Assembly: GCF_036321535.1 (NCBI RefSeq)
Contig: NC_087438.1
Location: 9,364,001 to 9,428,000 of the forward strand
Origin: Camelus dromedarius
Lineage: Eukaryota
DNA length: 64,000 nucleotides
Reading direction: 5' to 3'
The notes under the pieces were generated by a model. It saw only the letters and a program-made list of their open reading frames with translations, made no database searches and was not told where the DNA came from. Position 1 is the first letter of the stretch, and every line of letters starts with the position of its first letter. Both the position numbers and the translations under genes were made by a program. This document shows, one piece after another, positions 47,526 to 61,284 of the stretch.

Positions 47526-50123
47526 TTAATGAGAAGCTTTTTCCCTGGAATCTGAAGTTAAATGTTATATCAATGTAGTTTAAAACTCATAGTAGAAGGT
47601 ATCTTTTCATTTTATTTTTAATGCTGTTGAGTGCATACTCATGTACCTAGACCTCTGCGGTCTGCCAGAGCCGTGATGCCTCAGTTGATTTACTAGATTT
47701 GCTATTTGCTTCCACGAACAAAAGTACTTCCTTCTAGTACAAAGGGATGTCCAGTCCCTACACTTCCTGGAAAACTCTCTCCATACCAAGACGGTAGACA
47801 GCACATCAGCCTCCTGGCTTCTCAGAAGTCCCTGCCAGCTTACTTTCATCTTCACTCTAATATGACCTTAAGTGACTCCACAACAGCTGTTGGGTCTTTA
47901 GCACAGCACCTGTCTGTTTCAATTATGAAAATGTTTAGAGCAATTACCTTGGCAGGAACCAGTCTCAAGGACCCATCCTTCCCGTTGACCCGTCTTGAAC
48001 ACATTTCGTTCCTGTCATCACTTTGTTAATGTCACCTAATGCATCTCTAAAACACAATTTTATCTCTGATATTTTCATTAGGTCAAAGAAGTTCAATTAA
48101 TCTCAGAGTATAGTTCCTTGCAGACACTGTGGCCAGAATTTCACTTGTCTCATTAACAAGAATAAATGCAGCAACCAAAACAAAACAAGACAAAAATGCA
48201 AGTGCTCTCCTCCCTGAGCATTCCCAAGACCCACCCTGGCTGATGTTTTGAGTAAGGATCCAGCTGTTCATCTAACAGCCCTAGGAATTGATGACACCAG
48301 TGGCTTTAAAGCAAGCCAAGGCAGATGGGACCCTCTTTTTTAGCAATAGTGGGTGTAACAGAGGCAAAGAACTTCAATCGCAATCCTCCCTGTCAACAGG
48401 TCTGCCCTCTCTTGGAAAATAAGGCACGAGCATGAACTAAACATGGAGGATAATTTGATAGTGTCTGTGGGGAAAAGAAACTCTCAGTTTAATAGACAGG
48501 ATTATAAATATTATAATAGAGTTATTAGTGAGAGCAGACTGAAAAGCAGCTGGATTGTAGCAGTCAAAAATGCCGTAGCCCCAGGCTTGAATATGAGAGT
48601 GCACAGCTGAAGCGGCTTTGCATCAGACGTTCTGTTCTGCAGCACCAATGAAGCTGGAGAGAAGGAAGAGCTCATTAGCAGTCATTCTGCTAATGACTCC
48701 AGGGAGAAGGGCGGATCATTACTCAGAGGGCTTAGCCACTATTTGCTTCTGAGAAGCAGCAGTGATGATATCTGAGTGAGTCTCTTTTGACAAGAGCATC
48801 TCTGGTTGAAATATTGGGAACTGCAGGGCACGTCTCTCAAGGGAAAGGGGGAACTTGAGAAATCTTAGTGGTACTTTGTGGGGTAGAAGAATCCCCCGGA
48901 TGCTCAGAGCACGGCTGTGTGAGGATGAGCGAGAGGGAAGGTCGCATGACGGTTTTGCATGTGTAATAGACTCACCAGCTCCCGTGCACCCACGTGGTCG
49001 TTGAGGAGTCATGGTGCTGATACGGAGAGGTCAACTGGTCTCACACCCTTGAAGAAAATTCTACAGGAAAACAGTGGAAACTAAATGCTATTCAAAACCA
49101 TACTTATATTATAAGTTACTAAGCAACTTGAGACAAATGTCCTACTTTAATCCCCTAAAGTCTTTTAGGGGTAATGGGTGTCCACATTAACTCCAGACCT
49201 TGAAAACAAGGGGGCCAGATCAGTCAACTGGGCACTTCAGTGTTGAGACGAAGTCATTAAAAGGAGCAGACAGACCCATGAAAAGTATTTTTTGCTAACG
49301 AAGAGTCCTGAAACTGTAGCCTATAGGTAATAGTACCCTGTCACTCAGGCTGCTAAAGCACATTCAGTTAGGAAAAGATTTAAAGGCTGATGAATTATGA
49401 TAACAACATTTTTCTTCTGTAACTGTGACATTAAATTTGAATTTCATTCCAAATTTAAATCAAATTTAAATTTGAAGTAAAATCTTTGAATTAAATTGTG
49501 AAAGTATTGGCTTATTACATATAACCATTTGGGCCACAGTTCTAAGGCTAAGAAAAAAAATTGATAATTTCAAAAGCAGAATTTTAGGAAAAGCCACAGA
49601 AAAAGAAGCCTGTTGTTCCTTGGGAAGCACTCTTAGGAACAAGTGATACTGAAGCCATTCCTTTCTACCCAAAATGATGTCCCCCGTCACAGTGACTTTC
49701 CCACAAAGCTAAACTGATGACATTTGAATTCCGGCAGATTTAAGAATGGAATGATGAGTGAGAGGAAACTGATCACTGAGGTCCCTGGCCAGTGGGACTG
49801 AAGTTGCCAGAAGGATCAGAGCTATCTGAGCAGTGGTTATGTCATTAAGCTGGAGTTCCCATCTGTGACAGGTGAGTGCCTTAGCTTTGCCCACCCTGTG
49901 GCCGCTTGGGCAACGAAAAGTTCAACCATGATAGACGGAGTTAAAGAGCTGCTCAGGAAGACAGTGCAAGCAGTTTTGCAAATTAGTTAATATTGGATGG
50001 AACACTAAAAACAGATTTGTTTTGTTTGTTTTTTAATTCTAGAAAGGTAGACCACCGACTCATGAGTTCCTTTCTCACAAATCTGGATCTAGAGGCGGAT
50101 TTAAGAGAAGCGTGCTAGATAAC

Positions 50124-50390
50124 TGTAGCAGCCGATGCTGCCCATCACCAGCTCACACCCCTGGGGCATTCACAGTAGCCATTCCCACTGGGCTGTCCCC
50201 AGGGGCAGGAGCCAGCTCAGCCTCCCTGCGGGACAAGCCAGGGTGCTTAAGAGTTAAGCGCTCTGAAGCAGCCCACAACCGGTAACAAACAGGAAGCGGT
50301 GGGCAAGCAAAATAATGTCGCACTCCTCTGGAGGGTCAATTCTGAGGCTTGCTGGACACAAAACCCTGACTTCCAGCATCATTAATGCAA
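50124..50390 (+). mobile_element. LTR16-like ERVL LTR fragment
   Basis: Starts TGTAGCAG...gatgctgccc; ...gagttaagcgctctgaagcagcccacaacc...ggagggtcaattctgaggc. Confidence 0.55.
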
Positions 50391-53300
50391 CACACACTGG
50401 GTCATGTGGGAATAAATAGAGGTCATACTAGGTAAAAACATACAGTTTAAAAAAAGTGAGTTGAAAACAGAGATGCAGCGAGAAGAAGAGGAGCTGTGTC
50501 TTAGGTCCAGGGTGAGCAGAGGCGTCTGCTACGTTCAGGGAGAGGCAGAGTGCCTCCCTTCTCCTTTCTGCCCCTCTCCTACCCTTTGAAAGCCTGTGTG
50601 TCACTGCTGTAACTCTGTGATGTGCATCTAGGATTCACGTCCAGAGCTCACCTTCTCAAGGCCCACCTGCCTGAGGCAGCAGAGCTCTTCAAATGATGGA
50701 GAAGTAGCTCCTTTGGAAATTCCATTTCTATTTTTTGTGTGTTGTGTGATTCCTCAGTGTACTTTTCCACCTTATAAAGAGGATTCTATCTTCACCAATA
50801 TTTTGGAAAATTAGAGAGAGCGATCAGGTGAGAGCACGCGTAGACCAGATCGCAGAGCAGCTGGACGCTGTCTTCTCCTCTTCCTCTCCCCACCTCCCTG
50901 CATCAGTTACACTGGCAAAGCGAGAAGCAGGAGCTCTCGGGCCAGACTGAAACATCATCATTCCAGGGAACAAGACAAATCTTTGTGCACGTGGTCGATG
51001 GCGCCGTGGTATAATTTCAAATAAAATTATAAAATAAAATCAACAGTGATTCAGTGACCCTGGATTTGGTTGCGAAGAGGGTTCCGGAAACCTGTAGGAG
51101 AACAAAGTACCCCAATCCTTGATCATTGGTCTCCCCACCAGGTGGGGCAGCGAAGTCTTTGTACTCAGGCTGATATGGAGAGCAGTGTTCAGGAGAGCAA
51201 TGGGGAGCCCCTGAAAGACTCAGTCAGATCAGAGGCCAGAGCCCTGGTTCTGCCCTGTCGGATGGCAATACTGTGTCCTTCTTAAGCAGAGGAATACTAA
51301 CTGAAATATCAACTGAGGATCACACAGAGAAAGCAACTCTCTGAGGAAGAAATGTAAGAAATACCACTGTGCCCTTATAAAGAACAACAGGAAAGGAACC
51401 CAGGGCTTCATTAATCCAACACAGAGAGTCATGAGCATTGAGTGCCTGCACAGGGGAGACGGAGTCTGTCCAGACTTATTCTTTTTCTTGTCTTATTCTT
51501 TTCTTGTTTCTCAGAGTCAAAGCGGAGACAGGTAGGGGGAGGTGGAGGAGGGAGCACTGAAAGGCTGATTTAGATTCATTTCTCCCTGAGCTTTCCAAGG
51601 GTTACCTATAATCTCTTCTTCCATGGGTTCCTATATCCACAGTCTCAGAGGAATCTGGTTGTTAATATGAGTCCCTCAATAAATAAAATGAAGCCCACAG
51701 CAAGGTGTGTTCATAGGGACAGAATCAGAGCCTGAGATAAATCTCAGATTCTCTGCTCTGCCTGCTCCCGGGAATGAATGATTGAGGAACCTGGCCAGTG
51801 GGTGTTGCCCCACAGTTGGTCATGCGATATGCAGTGGAGGCAAATAGGCTTTGGAGGCAGACTTCTGGGAAATGTCTTTGGACAAGTGTCATCGACCTCC
51901 CAAGTCTCACATTCCTCCGTGAGATGGCACCTGGGGGCTGTAACTGCACAGTAATTGTGGGGTTCACAGGGGACAGCATGTGGAATCCACTGAGTCAATG
52001 ACAGATTTGTACATGCACCTGAGCTCTACTGGTATTATCATCGATCGTTTTGCCTCTTACTCTAATTCCTGGGGCTCTCTCAGTCTAACGTACGCAGGGA
52101 TTAGCAGATAGCCCTGTGCAGAGGACACTCCAGCTCCTGCCGAGGGGATACAGGCTCATCTCAAAAGTCAATTTGGGACCAGAGTCCAAAGTTGGTTTCA
52201 CTGGCTTTTGCCCCAAAAGAAAGGCAAAGGTCTAGAAGTTCCCCTTCCCCGTATCACGTCGGGGTCAACCTCTAGGCAAGGCCCAGCTTCAGGTGAAAGC
52301 GAGGATGTTTTTATGGGCAATAAAGATGCCAGAAGTTGAGAGAACAAGAAACCCACTGGGCTGGTGACAGAGAAGAAAGTAGAAGTGATCCGTTGACATC
52401 ATGACTGGGCTGCAGGTCAGGAGAATCCAGGTGCAGGCAGGTCTTCTAGCTTCCTTACAGCCTCAAAGGGTGTGAATTTTCTCAACAGGAAGATCAGACA
52501 CGAAGTCAACTCAGGAAACTTCTGAGTTCTCAGAACCAATCACTCCGGCCAGGGCACCATCCTACCATGTCCCCCAGAAAGCCTGTGTCCACAGCCAACA
52601 CCACCAGGTTGCACCGGTGGTCCCGGAAATCTCAGGGCACCGCCACCATCTGTGAGGATAAGTGTTTCACTGCCAAACAGAAAATGCTCCTCCAGCCCCT
52701 ACTGAGAAGAAAATTTTACTGAAAAAAAAAAAAAAGAAATTGTCCACTCAGCAACTTCATTAATTCTCACAGGGGTGTGTCCTCTAATAGGAGAGTGATA
52801 CCCTCTGTGCTATGGTTTGGGTTGAGATTTGAGGCATCCCAGCAGCTTGAATTTTAAGAAGGAAAGTGTCAGCTTCAGCTTTAACTGAGTGCACTTTTAG
52901 GCGTCAAACATAGAAATGAAAAAAAAATTTCCAGTCATTGCTACCACCGGTTGAGAATAACTTTCCATCTATAAACAAACCAATAACAGAAACAAAATCC
53001 AAAATTAGTTGAAGGAAGGAAATCTAGAAAAATAGAGTGAACAGAATGAAACAGCAGCCATTTATGCTCACCTCTGCAAGCCAAGGAAAGACGTCTGCGT
53101 GTCTGGACTCAGGCTGCCCAGGAGGTACATTTTTTCAACAATGCAGTCAACCTGGCTCTATCAGTTGATGACCTGAAGGCACATCTCAGTAAATGACCTC
53201 CAAAACTGAGAAAAGATTATTTGTGAAAGAAGTCATTATCATGACTCTTAAACAGATATAATATGAACATTGTCAAAGTTTTTTAAAACTTATTATAAAG

Positions 53301-54899
53301 TGAGGAAACCAGTAAACATTTCAAGTGATTCAAAGGAGAATCCAAAGCACAACACATACACAGGGAAACAGGAAAAGCTGAAATAAATGTAGAGATACAT
53401 GCAAAATAGGTCTCTTCCCAGGGTAATAACCCACTGCATTCTACTGGACACATCTAATTTACATATTTATGGACAAGAATCATTTGCATTATTATCAGTT
53501 TTATAGAACTTACATAAGACGTAAAATAACTCAAAACTATAAAAGGTAAAAATAATATAAAAGGGATTTTCTATTCCAGAATGAGTACAATTTTTTATTT
53601 TTTATTTTTTATTTTTTATTTTTTGCCATTTCAAAGTCTTTCACAATATCCCATGACACAACATGCCCAACTAGGCACCCCCACATGATGTGTGACCCTG
53701 TTACAGTGAAAATCAAAGAAGGCATTTCTCTCAACCGCCAAGTCTCACACTTTTTTCTATACTTGAGATAGAGTTCCATGCTTTTGTTGAATTGCTTCTT
53801 CCTGGAACTGATCTACAAGTCTATGGAGATTAGACCAAAATAGTGTGCGTCTACTGTAATGAACTCAAAACCATCTCACCTAACTAATTACATACGTCTT
53901 TAATTATATACTCTGTTATATTCCCTATTAAGGCTCTCCTTAGTAGTTTCTTGCATTGCAGAATTTGTTTATAAAAGTCTTTTTGGGTACACTCTATATT
54001 TCATTTACATTGTACAGTGGCCACATCCAACTTATCCCATGCTTTTGCCCATAGAACTTTTATTAATGAAAAACATACCCACTCAACATTAACATTATGA
54101 GCTGGTATACTGAGCTTACTGACGTTAAGTTAACAATTCAGAGTATCTTTTCAAGTTTGATTTGTTGAAATGCATAATGGCATCTTTTATGACATAACTT
54201 GCTTCTTTATTTTTTTAAAAGTACATCGAATCTTTTGATCAACAACTTTTTTAAATGGTGTCCCTTGACAAGAAACAAACAAATGAACAAGAATTAGTAT
54301 CAATTTTTTAATTCCTTCTTGTTCAGTGCTACACATGATTATACCAGTGGTCCCCATGCTGGAAAAGTATTTAGTAACATCAATGTAAAAGAATTAGATT
54401 CTTTAAGGGATGAAATCTATTTCAAATGAGGGTCATGACAGTTGCCATAATTATCACTTCAACTCAGAATTTCTTGTTCATTATAATGTCCCTTTTAAGA
54501 ACAGCCCTGACACTTAAGATAAGATTTTGTCATTTCTCTCTTTAACACATTCAACAAGTTCCCTGAAGCAATGAAGTTCTTCAATAACACTGCACTTCTT
54601 TCAATTTGCATAATTCTGTAGCTAAGGAGATGCTGAATAAAAAATAAATAGGCCAGACAATATATTATTTTAAAAGTCAATAAAAAAGTAGACCTTTTGT
54701 TCTGAATTAAAATATGATTTCAATACTTAAAATAAACTGAGAATTCTTTCAGCTCCAATTTTTCAAGGGACCAATGGTTTTTGAATGTGAAAGAATTGGA
54801 AAATGGAATTGGAACTCCAATTGTCTTACAGACGTTTTACTAGTTTTAAAGAAAACAGTTATCTTAGGCAAGTTGTCTCATAAAACTTGCTACCCAGTT

Positions 54900-55083
54900 C
54901 ATTTCAGGCTAAGATAACATAAATTTCAAAACAAAATAAAAGCAACACCAAAATATCACATATAAACATAGATGCAAGTATGCAAATAAAGTATTAGGTA
55001 AGAAAATCAACAATGTATTTTAAAAACCATATTTTATTATTAGAGTCTATATCAGGAATGCAAGAATGGTTCAACATAAGCAA
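54900..55083 (+). mobile_element. Ancient L1 ORF2 fragment
   Basis: atataaacatagatgcaa...aaataaagtattag...aatcaacaat...tatatcaggaatgcaagaatggttcaacata corresponds to the NIDAK...GMQGWFNI region. Confidence 0.75.
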
Positions 55084-55699
55084 GGTCTGAAAATACACAT
55101 TCCAAGGAATTATTGTTGCAAATGTAACTTAATTTTCCATGGCTCTTTTCATAAAATGAGGGATGACCACTCTCAAAGAACATTATAATTCTACGAGACA
55201 TTTTGAATTAACCTCCACTATAAGAGCACGTGACATCCTCATTTGGTGGCTAAATAACCACTCAGCACAGTGTTGCAAAGGTTGGCCAATTGGAAACTGG
55301 AAGACTGAGATCTTATGAAATAACTGATATTTTGTAATAGTTATGAGCATAAATGATATTTTGAGATACCTACAACAGGTATAATGTGTAGAAAAATATC
55401 CATGATTTCTGTTGTTATTAATACCACAAATAATACTTAATAATATTGAGTTTTTACCTATATTTGTAGTGAAAAGAAATGCTAACTTTCCCATAAGAAA
55501 ATTACCCTTGCAGATTAAAGAAAATAAAGACCAACTATTTTTGCATACAAGCTCACAAATATCCTAAGTTCCATTCTTACCCCCTTGGCAGACCATGGGT
55601 CAAGGTTAAGGATCACTGTGTCAGACTCAAATAACATTTCATCCCAGTGTATTAATAGCACTTACACATATAATCACAATATTTACCACAACGAATAGA

Positions 55700-55880
55700 A
55701 AATAGAAGAATAATGGAAACTATTTGCAGGTACTACATGTTTATTCATCCTCACAACAGCACTGTGAGATATGTATACGAATTACTTTCATTTCGTGTTG
55801 AAGAAAGTGAAGTTTAGCTGCAACAAATTACGTCACACATAAAATTAGTGGAAGTCAGAACTAAACCCTTACATTTAATA
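55700..55880 (-). mobile_element. MIR SINE
   Basis: ttattcatcctcacaacagcactgtgagatatgta...catttcgtgttgaagaaagtgaagtttag...attagtggaagtcagaactaaaccc. Confidence 0.7.
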
Positions 55881-57199
55881 TCAATGTCAATATCGGTACT
55901 TCACCGGATGATGAAAACATGAAAGAAACAGATGTTGTATGTGACGGGGGAGGTGAGACTTTCAATAGGACCCCATGCTCAGCCCACACCGGATGATTAG
56001 ACAAACTGTAGAAAAGACTAGCTGGAGACTTTAGAGTGAGAAATAAGATATAATATGAAGATAGAAGAATTAAGCAATTGAACAAAAGAGGTTGAATGTT
56101 GGTCCTTGAGTCAGAAGTGTAGATAGGAGTTGTTGGATCAGGGCATCAGCTAAATACCGGCTGATCCTAAAATTGGGTAAAAGAGGTAGCCAGATGCCTT
56201 AACAGCAAGGCTAACACTTCCCACACTTACTGTGGGTCACTCCTTTCCAAGGAAGAGCACGGGTTCAATCGAGGTGGAAAAGACTGCAATTCCCTGCCAC
56301 ACCATGAGACGGCGCTATTGAGCTGTCCTGACAACTTCAAATCGCCATTGCAGGTTTGGGATACAAGCATTTTTTGCTCGGTTCCACATAATGGTATCTA
56401 TTAAAATAAGATAAGTATGTAGGAACCTTCTACCTGTCTGTTATTTGTTTATGATATTTATTAGCAAGGTGCTAGAGAGTTAAGTATGTGCTAGATACAG
56501 TTAACATTTCACCACCTGCAAAAGGTGTTTAATAAATTACTCTAAACTTTGATGGTGTCACCTGGCAGTATTCCTAATTGAGGAGTAATCTAAAAAATAA
56601 TTTCATTGTAACCATAACTTAAGCTGTATGTCTAAGGCAATATTATTTGTTAGGAAAAAGCAATAATAATTTAATGATAATTATTGTGAAAACAGTGCAC
56701 TAATCTCGACAGCACACAAATGATATGCCTCTCTAGTTAAAACACCTGAGCCCATTACAGCTCTCTCATTATTGAATCTCCAAAGACCAAACAAAAACAG
56801 TGGTGTTTTTAATTATCCTGATTGCAACCCACATTAAATAAACATTGATCCCGGAAGGATATGCAGAATTTGTGATTTTTGAAGCCATTTAGATATCAAT
56901 TTTATATTCAGAGAACTGTAGCTTTTCCAGCAAAAAAAAATAACAAAATAAAAAAAGTATAATCTTTATATATCCTGGAAAATCTGACTTTGTTTCATTT
57001 CTATAATTAATCTATTATCCATATATAAAATAATACAAGTTAAAATACAAAAGCAAAGAGGGTATGCTTTATATATACCTTTTATAATTTTCTGTATACA
57101 ACTATAATGAATTTGAGGCATAACAGAAATAAAAATTTTATGTCTGCACATTTTTCATAGCTAATTTATATACCTAAAAAATTCTACAAATAAAAATTT

Positions 57200-57485
57200 A
57201 ATGTTTAAAAAATTCCAAATAGGAGATTAGAAAATGGAATTATCTACCCCGATTACCCTCCACAGAAGATGAGTTGATAAATTATTGAATAAACACATTA
57301 TTTGGTGATATGGAGATAAACAGCAAAATAATTAAATTTTTTAAAATTTAGGTTTAAATATTTTGTTCTAGACTGAGATAAGAGGTTGGAAAAGAGAAGA
57401 CTGAAAAGACATTTAAACCCATTTGAACATAAAAATTTTAGCCATGTGCATTTGTGGCTTTCAATATTTTAAATTTAAAAAATTG
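57200..57485 (+). mobile_element. Ancient L1ME-like 3' end
   Basis: aattattgaataaacac...ggagataaacagcaaaataattaaa...aatttttagccatgtgcatttgt...aaatttaaaa. Confidence 0.45.
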
Positions 57486-57867
57486 ATAAATGTACTAAGT
57501 TCCTTTTCTTAGTATTTCTGTCCCAAATCTATCCCTTCTAATGGTATGAACTGATCAGTAGTGTTAGCATAAATTATCATTTTCTTGCATGTGAACACCA
57601 ATAGTTATAGTTAGGGAATATAAGATTTCTTTAATTGTAAATGATAATAGATTTTGGCATCTTATACCAGGATAGTGGCAGTAGGGTGGTAGGTAGTGAA
57701 TGTATTATGAATATATTTTGAAGTTATAGCTAACAGGACTTTCTGAGGTAACTAAGACAATGGGAGTGGTGAAGAATGCCTCCTGTATTTTTGACCATGG
57801 TGACTGGGAGAAAGATTTTCTGTGGTAGGAAAGACTATGGAAGGAGAATGTTTATAGGATAGAAAAT

Positions 57868-58417
57868 TGCAGCAAATTAAAGGCAACCAAAAATTCTTTA
57901 GCATATATACCATTGAGAGGTGGGTCAATGCCTTTGCCCTTGAACCTGAGTGGGTCCTGTGACTTTTCACTCATGAGATATGTTGTGTGTGATGCTGTGC
58001 CAGTTTCTGGGCACATGGCCCTAAGAGATTGGCAACTTAACTTTGTTTCTTGGAACACTCGCTCTTAGAATCTGAAGTTCCATATAAGAAGTATGACCAC
58101 TCCAGTCTACCACACTGTAAGGAAACTCAAGCCATGTGGGGAGTCATGAAGGATGAAACCATATGAACCGTGATGGAGATGAAGGAGAGACAAAGAAACA
58201 CAGAGAGACCACCATGCATGAAAGAGAAGAAATCATCTTGGGCGTGGATCATTCAATCCCAGACACCCCAGCTGATGGCATGTGGATGACAAACTATCTA
58301 TCTGAAATCTTTCCAAATTTGCAGCCTACAAGATCCAGCACAAAAATAAAGTTGCTCTTTTAAAACATTAAGTTTAGGAGGAGTAGTTCACTACACAGCA
58401 CTAGAGTATCAAATCAG
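57868..58417 (+). mobile_element. MLT1G/H-like MaLR LTR
   Basis: tgcagcaaattaaag...ccattgagaggtggg...gcccttgaacctgagtggg...gatgctgtgccagtttctgg...cttggaacactcgctctt...ttaagtttagga...tacacagcactag. Confidence 0.85.
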
Positions 58418-61284
58418 GACCAAGAGTTGAGTTTTATACATGCCAATTTTGAGAAACCCATAAATACTCAAGTTTCAACATATTCTAGCTTTGGGATATT
58501 TGACAATTTGTTTCTGAGGATTAAATGAGATAATGTCTGCAGAGTGCTTATTTCCTCCCTGTTATAAATCACTCAACAAATGTTAGATTACTTTCAATTT
58601 TCAAAGTCACCTGATAGCCAAGGAACAGAGGAAATTAATTATGTTATGAATCAGAATGTTGTATAAATTTTATGGTGATTAATCATGCAGAGAGGTAGAG
58701 ATGGCAAGAACACATGAAATTAAGAATGCTTATATTAATACAGCCTATTTTATAGTGGATGGTCAGTAGATATTCTTTAAATGTAATAATTCATAAAAAG
58801 TTAATATATTATATATATGTAATATATATATATGTCTTAGAAGTTAATTTCTACAATAATCTGAAATAATGTTTCTAAGATAGAAAGGGAAAAGGGGACC
58901 AAATTGATGCTGTATTGAAAGCATGATAATTTGTTCTTCCTGTAGCAGAAAATCATATGTTTGTAGTTTTCTACAATATATTATACACTAATGTGTGTGT
59001 GTGTAGGGGGGTGTAAGTATAATGGAAAGCAATATGGATTGTATAATGCATTTATAAAGATAATATTAAATATATATTTCATATGCCAGAAATAAATTTT
59101 GAAAAATTATGCAATCAATTGTGGATTGTAGGGGAAGGGAAAATAAGAAAACTTCTCATTTTTACTTTCACAATTTTGCAAATTCAAAAGAAGACTTTAC
59201 AAAGTACAATGAAATTAAAATTCCCGTTATTACTCAATACACTTTTACAACATATGTCAATTCTCATCCAATGCGTAAGAGTTAAAATGCCCACATTTTA
59301 CTTAAAATGTGAAGTATCTATACAGTTATGAATGTGGTTTTTAAACTAATCACCATGGTAACTAGTTCTATGTAAGAATTAATGTCATGTCATAGTGTTC
59401 ATTTTGCCTTATGCAAAACTTCTACCTCATAATCCCATTAATCACTTATTTCTGTTATAACTATTATTATTGACTATTTGATTTATGTTTTCTAACCAGA
59501 AGGAACCAGAAACAGACAAACAAACAGGCAAGTCGATGAATCTGTAGTCTTTATGGTGACATATCCTGAGAGAAGAGTCACTCAGTAGTCCTTTTGTGGC
59601 ACTGTCAGAATTATTTTTCAAAGACCGAGGCCATAAAGAATTCTGTCACTAGCTCAGGGTCTAACTTTATTTTATGAAGAAAAACAGATTTAAGCGAAAG
59701 AAGGCTAAGGTATTTTACTGCACTGAAAAAAATTTCGTTTAAGAAACTAACGCAACACCATAGATGATTTATTAAAATTCCGTCAAGTCTCCATTTTCTT
59801 TTTCTGCTTTGCCTTCCTTATCTTTGCTACAGATTCATTATCACCTACTATGTATAAAATGTGCTCCATCTGTCGGAGGCCTTGGGATGCTTTTGCAGCC
59901 TAATGTTTGAGACATTCTAATTCATCACCATGCAAGAAACTATGATACATTTAGTGCATCATTTCCCTGAGGACTGTATGGTGACTCGACTATGGGGGAG
60001 AGAGAGTGACATGAAAGGTCATTCGCATCTCTCAGTTTTGTGATAAAGCACTGAGCATTGGTTGTGTTTGCCAGTTTAAAAGGTAGATGTGCAACCATTT
60101 TGGTATAAAAATGGTAATATCTGGCAACTCAATATAGAGGGTAAAATACAAAAACTGTGTGAGATTCTGATAGTAGGTATCACCAACTTCAAGGATACTG
60201 GAGCACGACAGAGCCTCCATGACTTGAACCATCATATTAAACTGTTGAACAAGTTAGGAAGGCTGAGTACCAGGAAGGAAAAATAACCAGAAAGAGATTT
60301 TGAACCACTTTCATAATTCTTGCCATTTCAAAACAAACCACAGGACAATCTCCATGAATTTACTAGCTCAAGAGCTCTGGTGGGAGCTGCAAATGGAGTT
60401 TCCGACAAAAAAGAAGAACCACAGGGAGGGTCACAGAGCAACGACAGGCATTACTAATTTGAAATAGAAAAACTGAGCCCAACTGCCTTCTACTGACCAC
60501 TGGGGAAAGATCTAGGTTTCTGTTGTCTACAGCAATTCTTGGCAAATCCCATCACAATCTAATGCATGTTTCTATGCCTAGTAATTAAAACACAACATGT
60601 TCCAAGAAGTTGCACAGAGGCTGAGGTCAAAAGACCATGTTAGGGCAGCTGAACTAGCTCAGCTGCATTTCCAGAGGACAATTGCTTTTCATAATTAAAC
60701 TTTAAACAGCGTAATTTGGAGAGGAATGTACCCACCTCCTAAGGCCCATTCTGATATGGTCAAAATTTCTTATAATGGGATGTTCCTGGAACAGAGTCAG
60801 GGTATTAGCATAGGACCTGGAAGCCATATTGCAAACAAAGTGACATTGGAAAAATCTTCAGTTGCTTTCTTTTTTATGTATATTCCTTCCTCTCCATCCT
60901 CCCATTTATACCCAGCCTTTACCTCGTAAGTAAAATTTATGAAAAGCATTCATTAACACCCTTATTCCACCAAGCACACACATCTCTTTTGTTACCTAAA
61001 GTATTAAGTCAGTCAACAGTGACACCACGGTAAGGCTTTTACCCAAATATCTCTGTCTGTACTCTCTACCTGTGCGCCTTTTAAAACACACCACTTCCTC
61101 CAGCTTCGTTCATTAGTATTCTCTGTATCCTTTCTCATCTAGCCTTTTCAAGGATTTCTCTCTTGCAATTAGCCCTTCTCCTTCTGTTTCCTTCTGCCCC
61201 TCTCATTGGAATCATTTAATCCATTTTTCAAACATTATATTAATTACAAAAAAAATGAGGAAAAACTTTTCTGGACTCCTATGT

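Noticed and set aside
49010..49030. REST/RE1 site (TCAGCACC on the minus strand)
   Set aside because: Only the left half matches; the GGACAG right half is absent at canonical spacing.
49461..49474. 14-bp palindrome caaatttaaatttg
   Set aside because: Sits in low-complexity AT-rich sequence where such palindromes arise readily.
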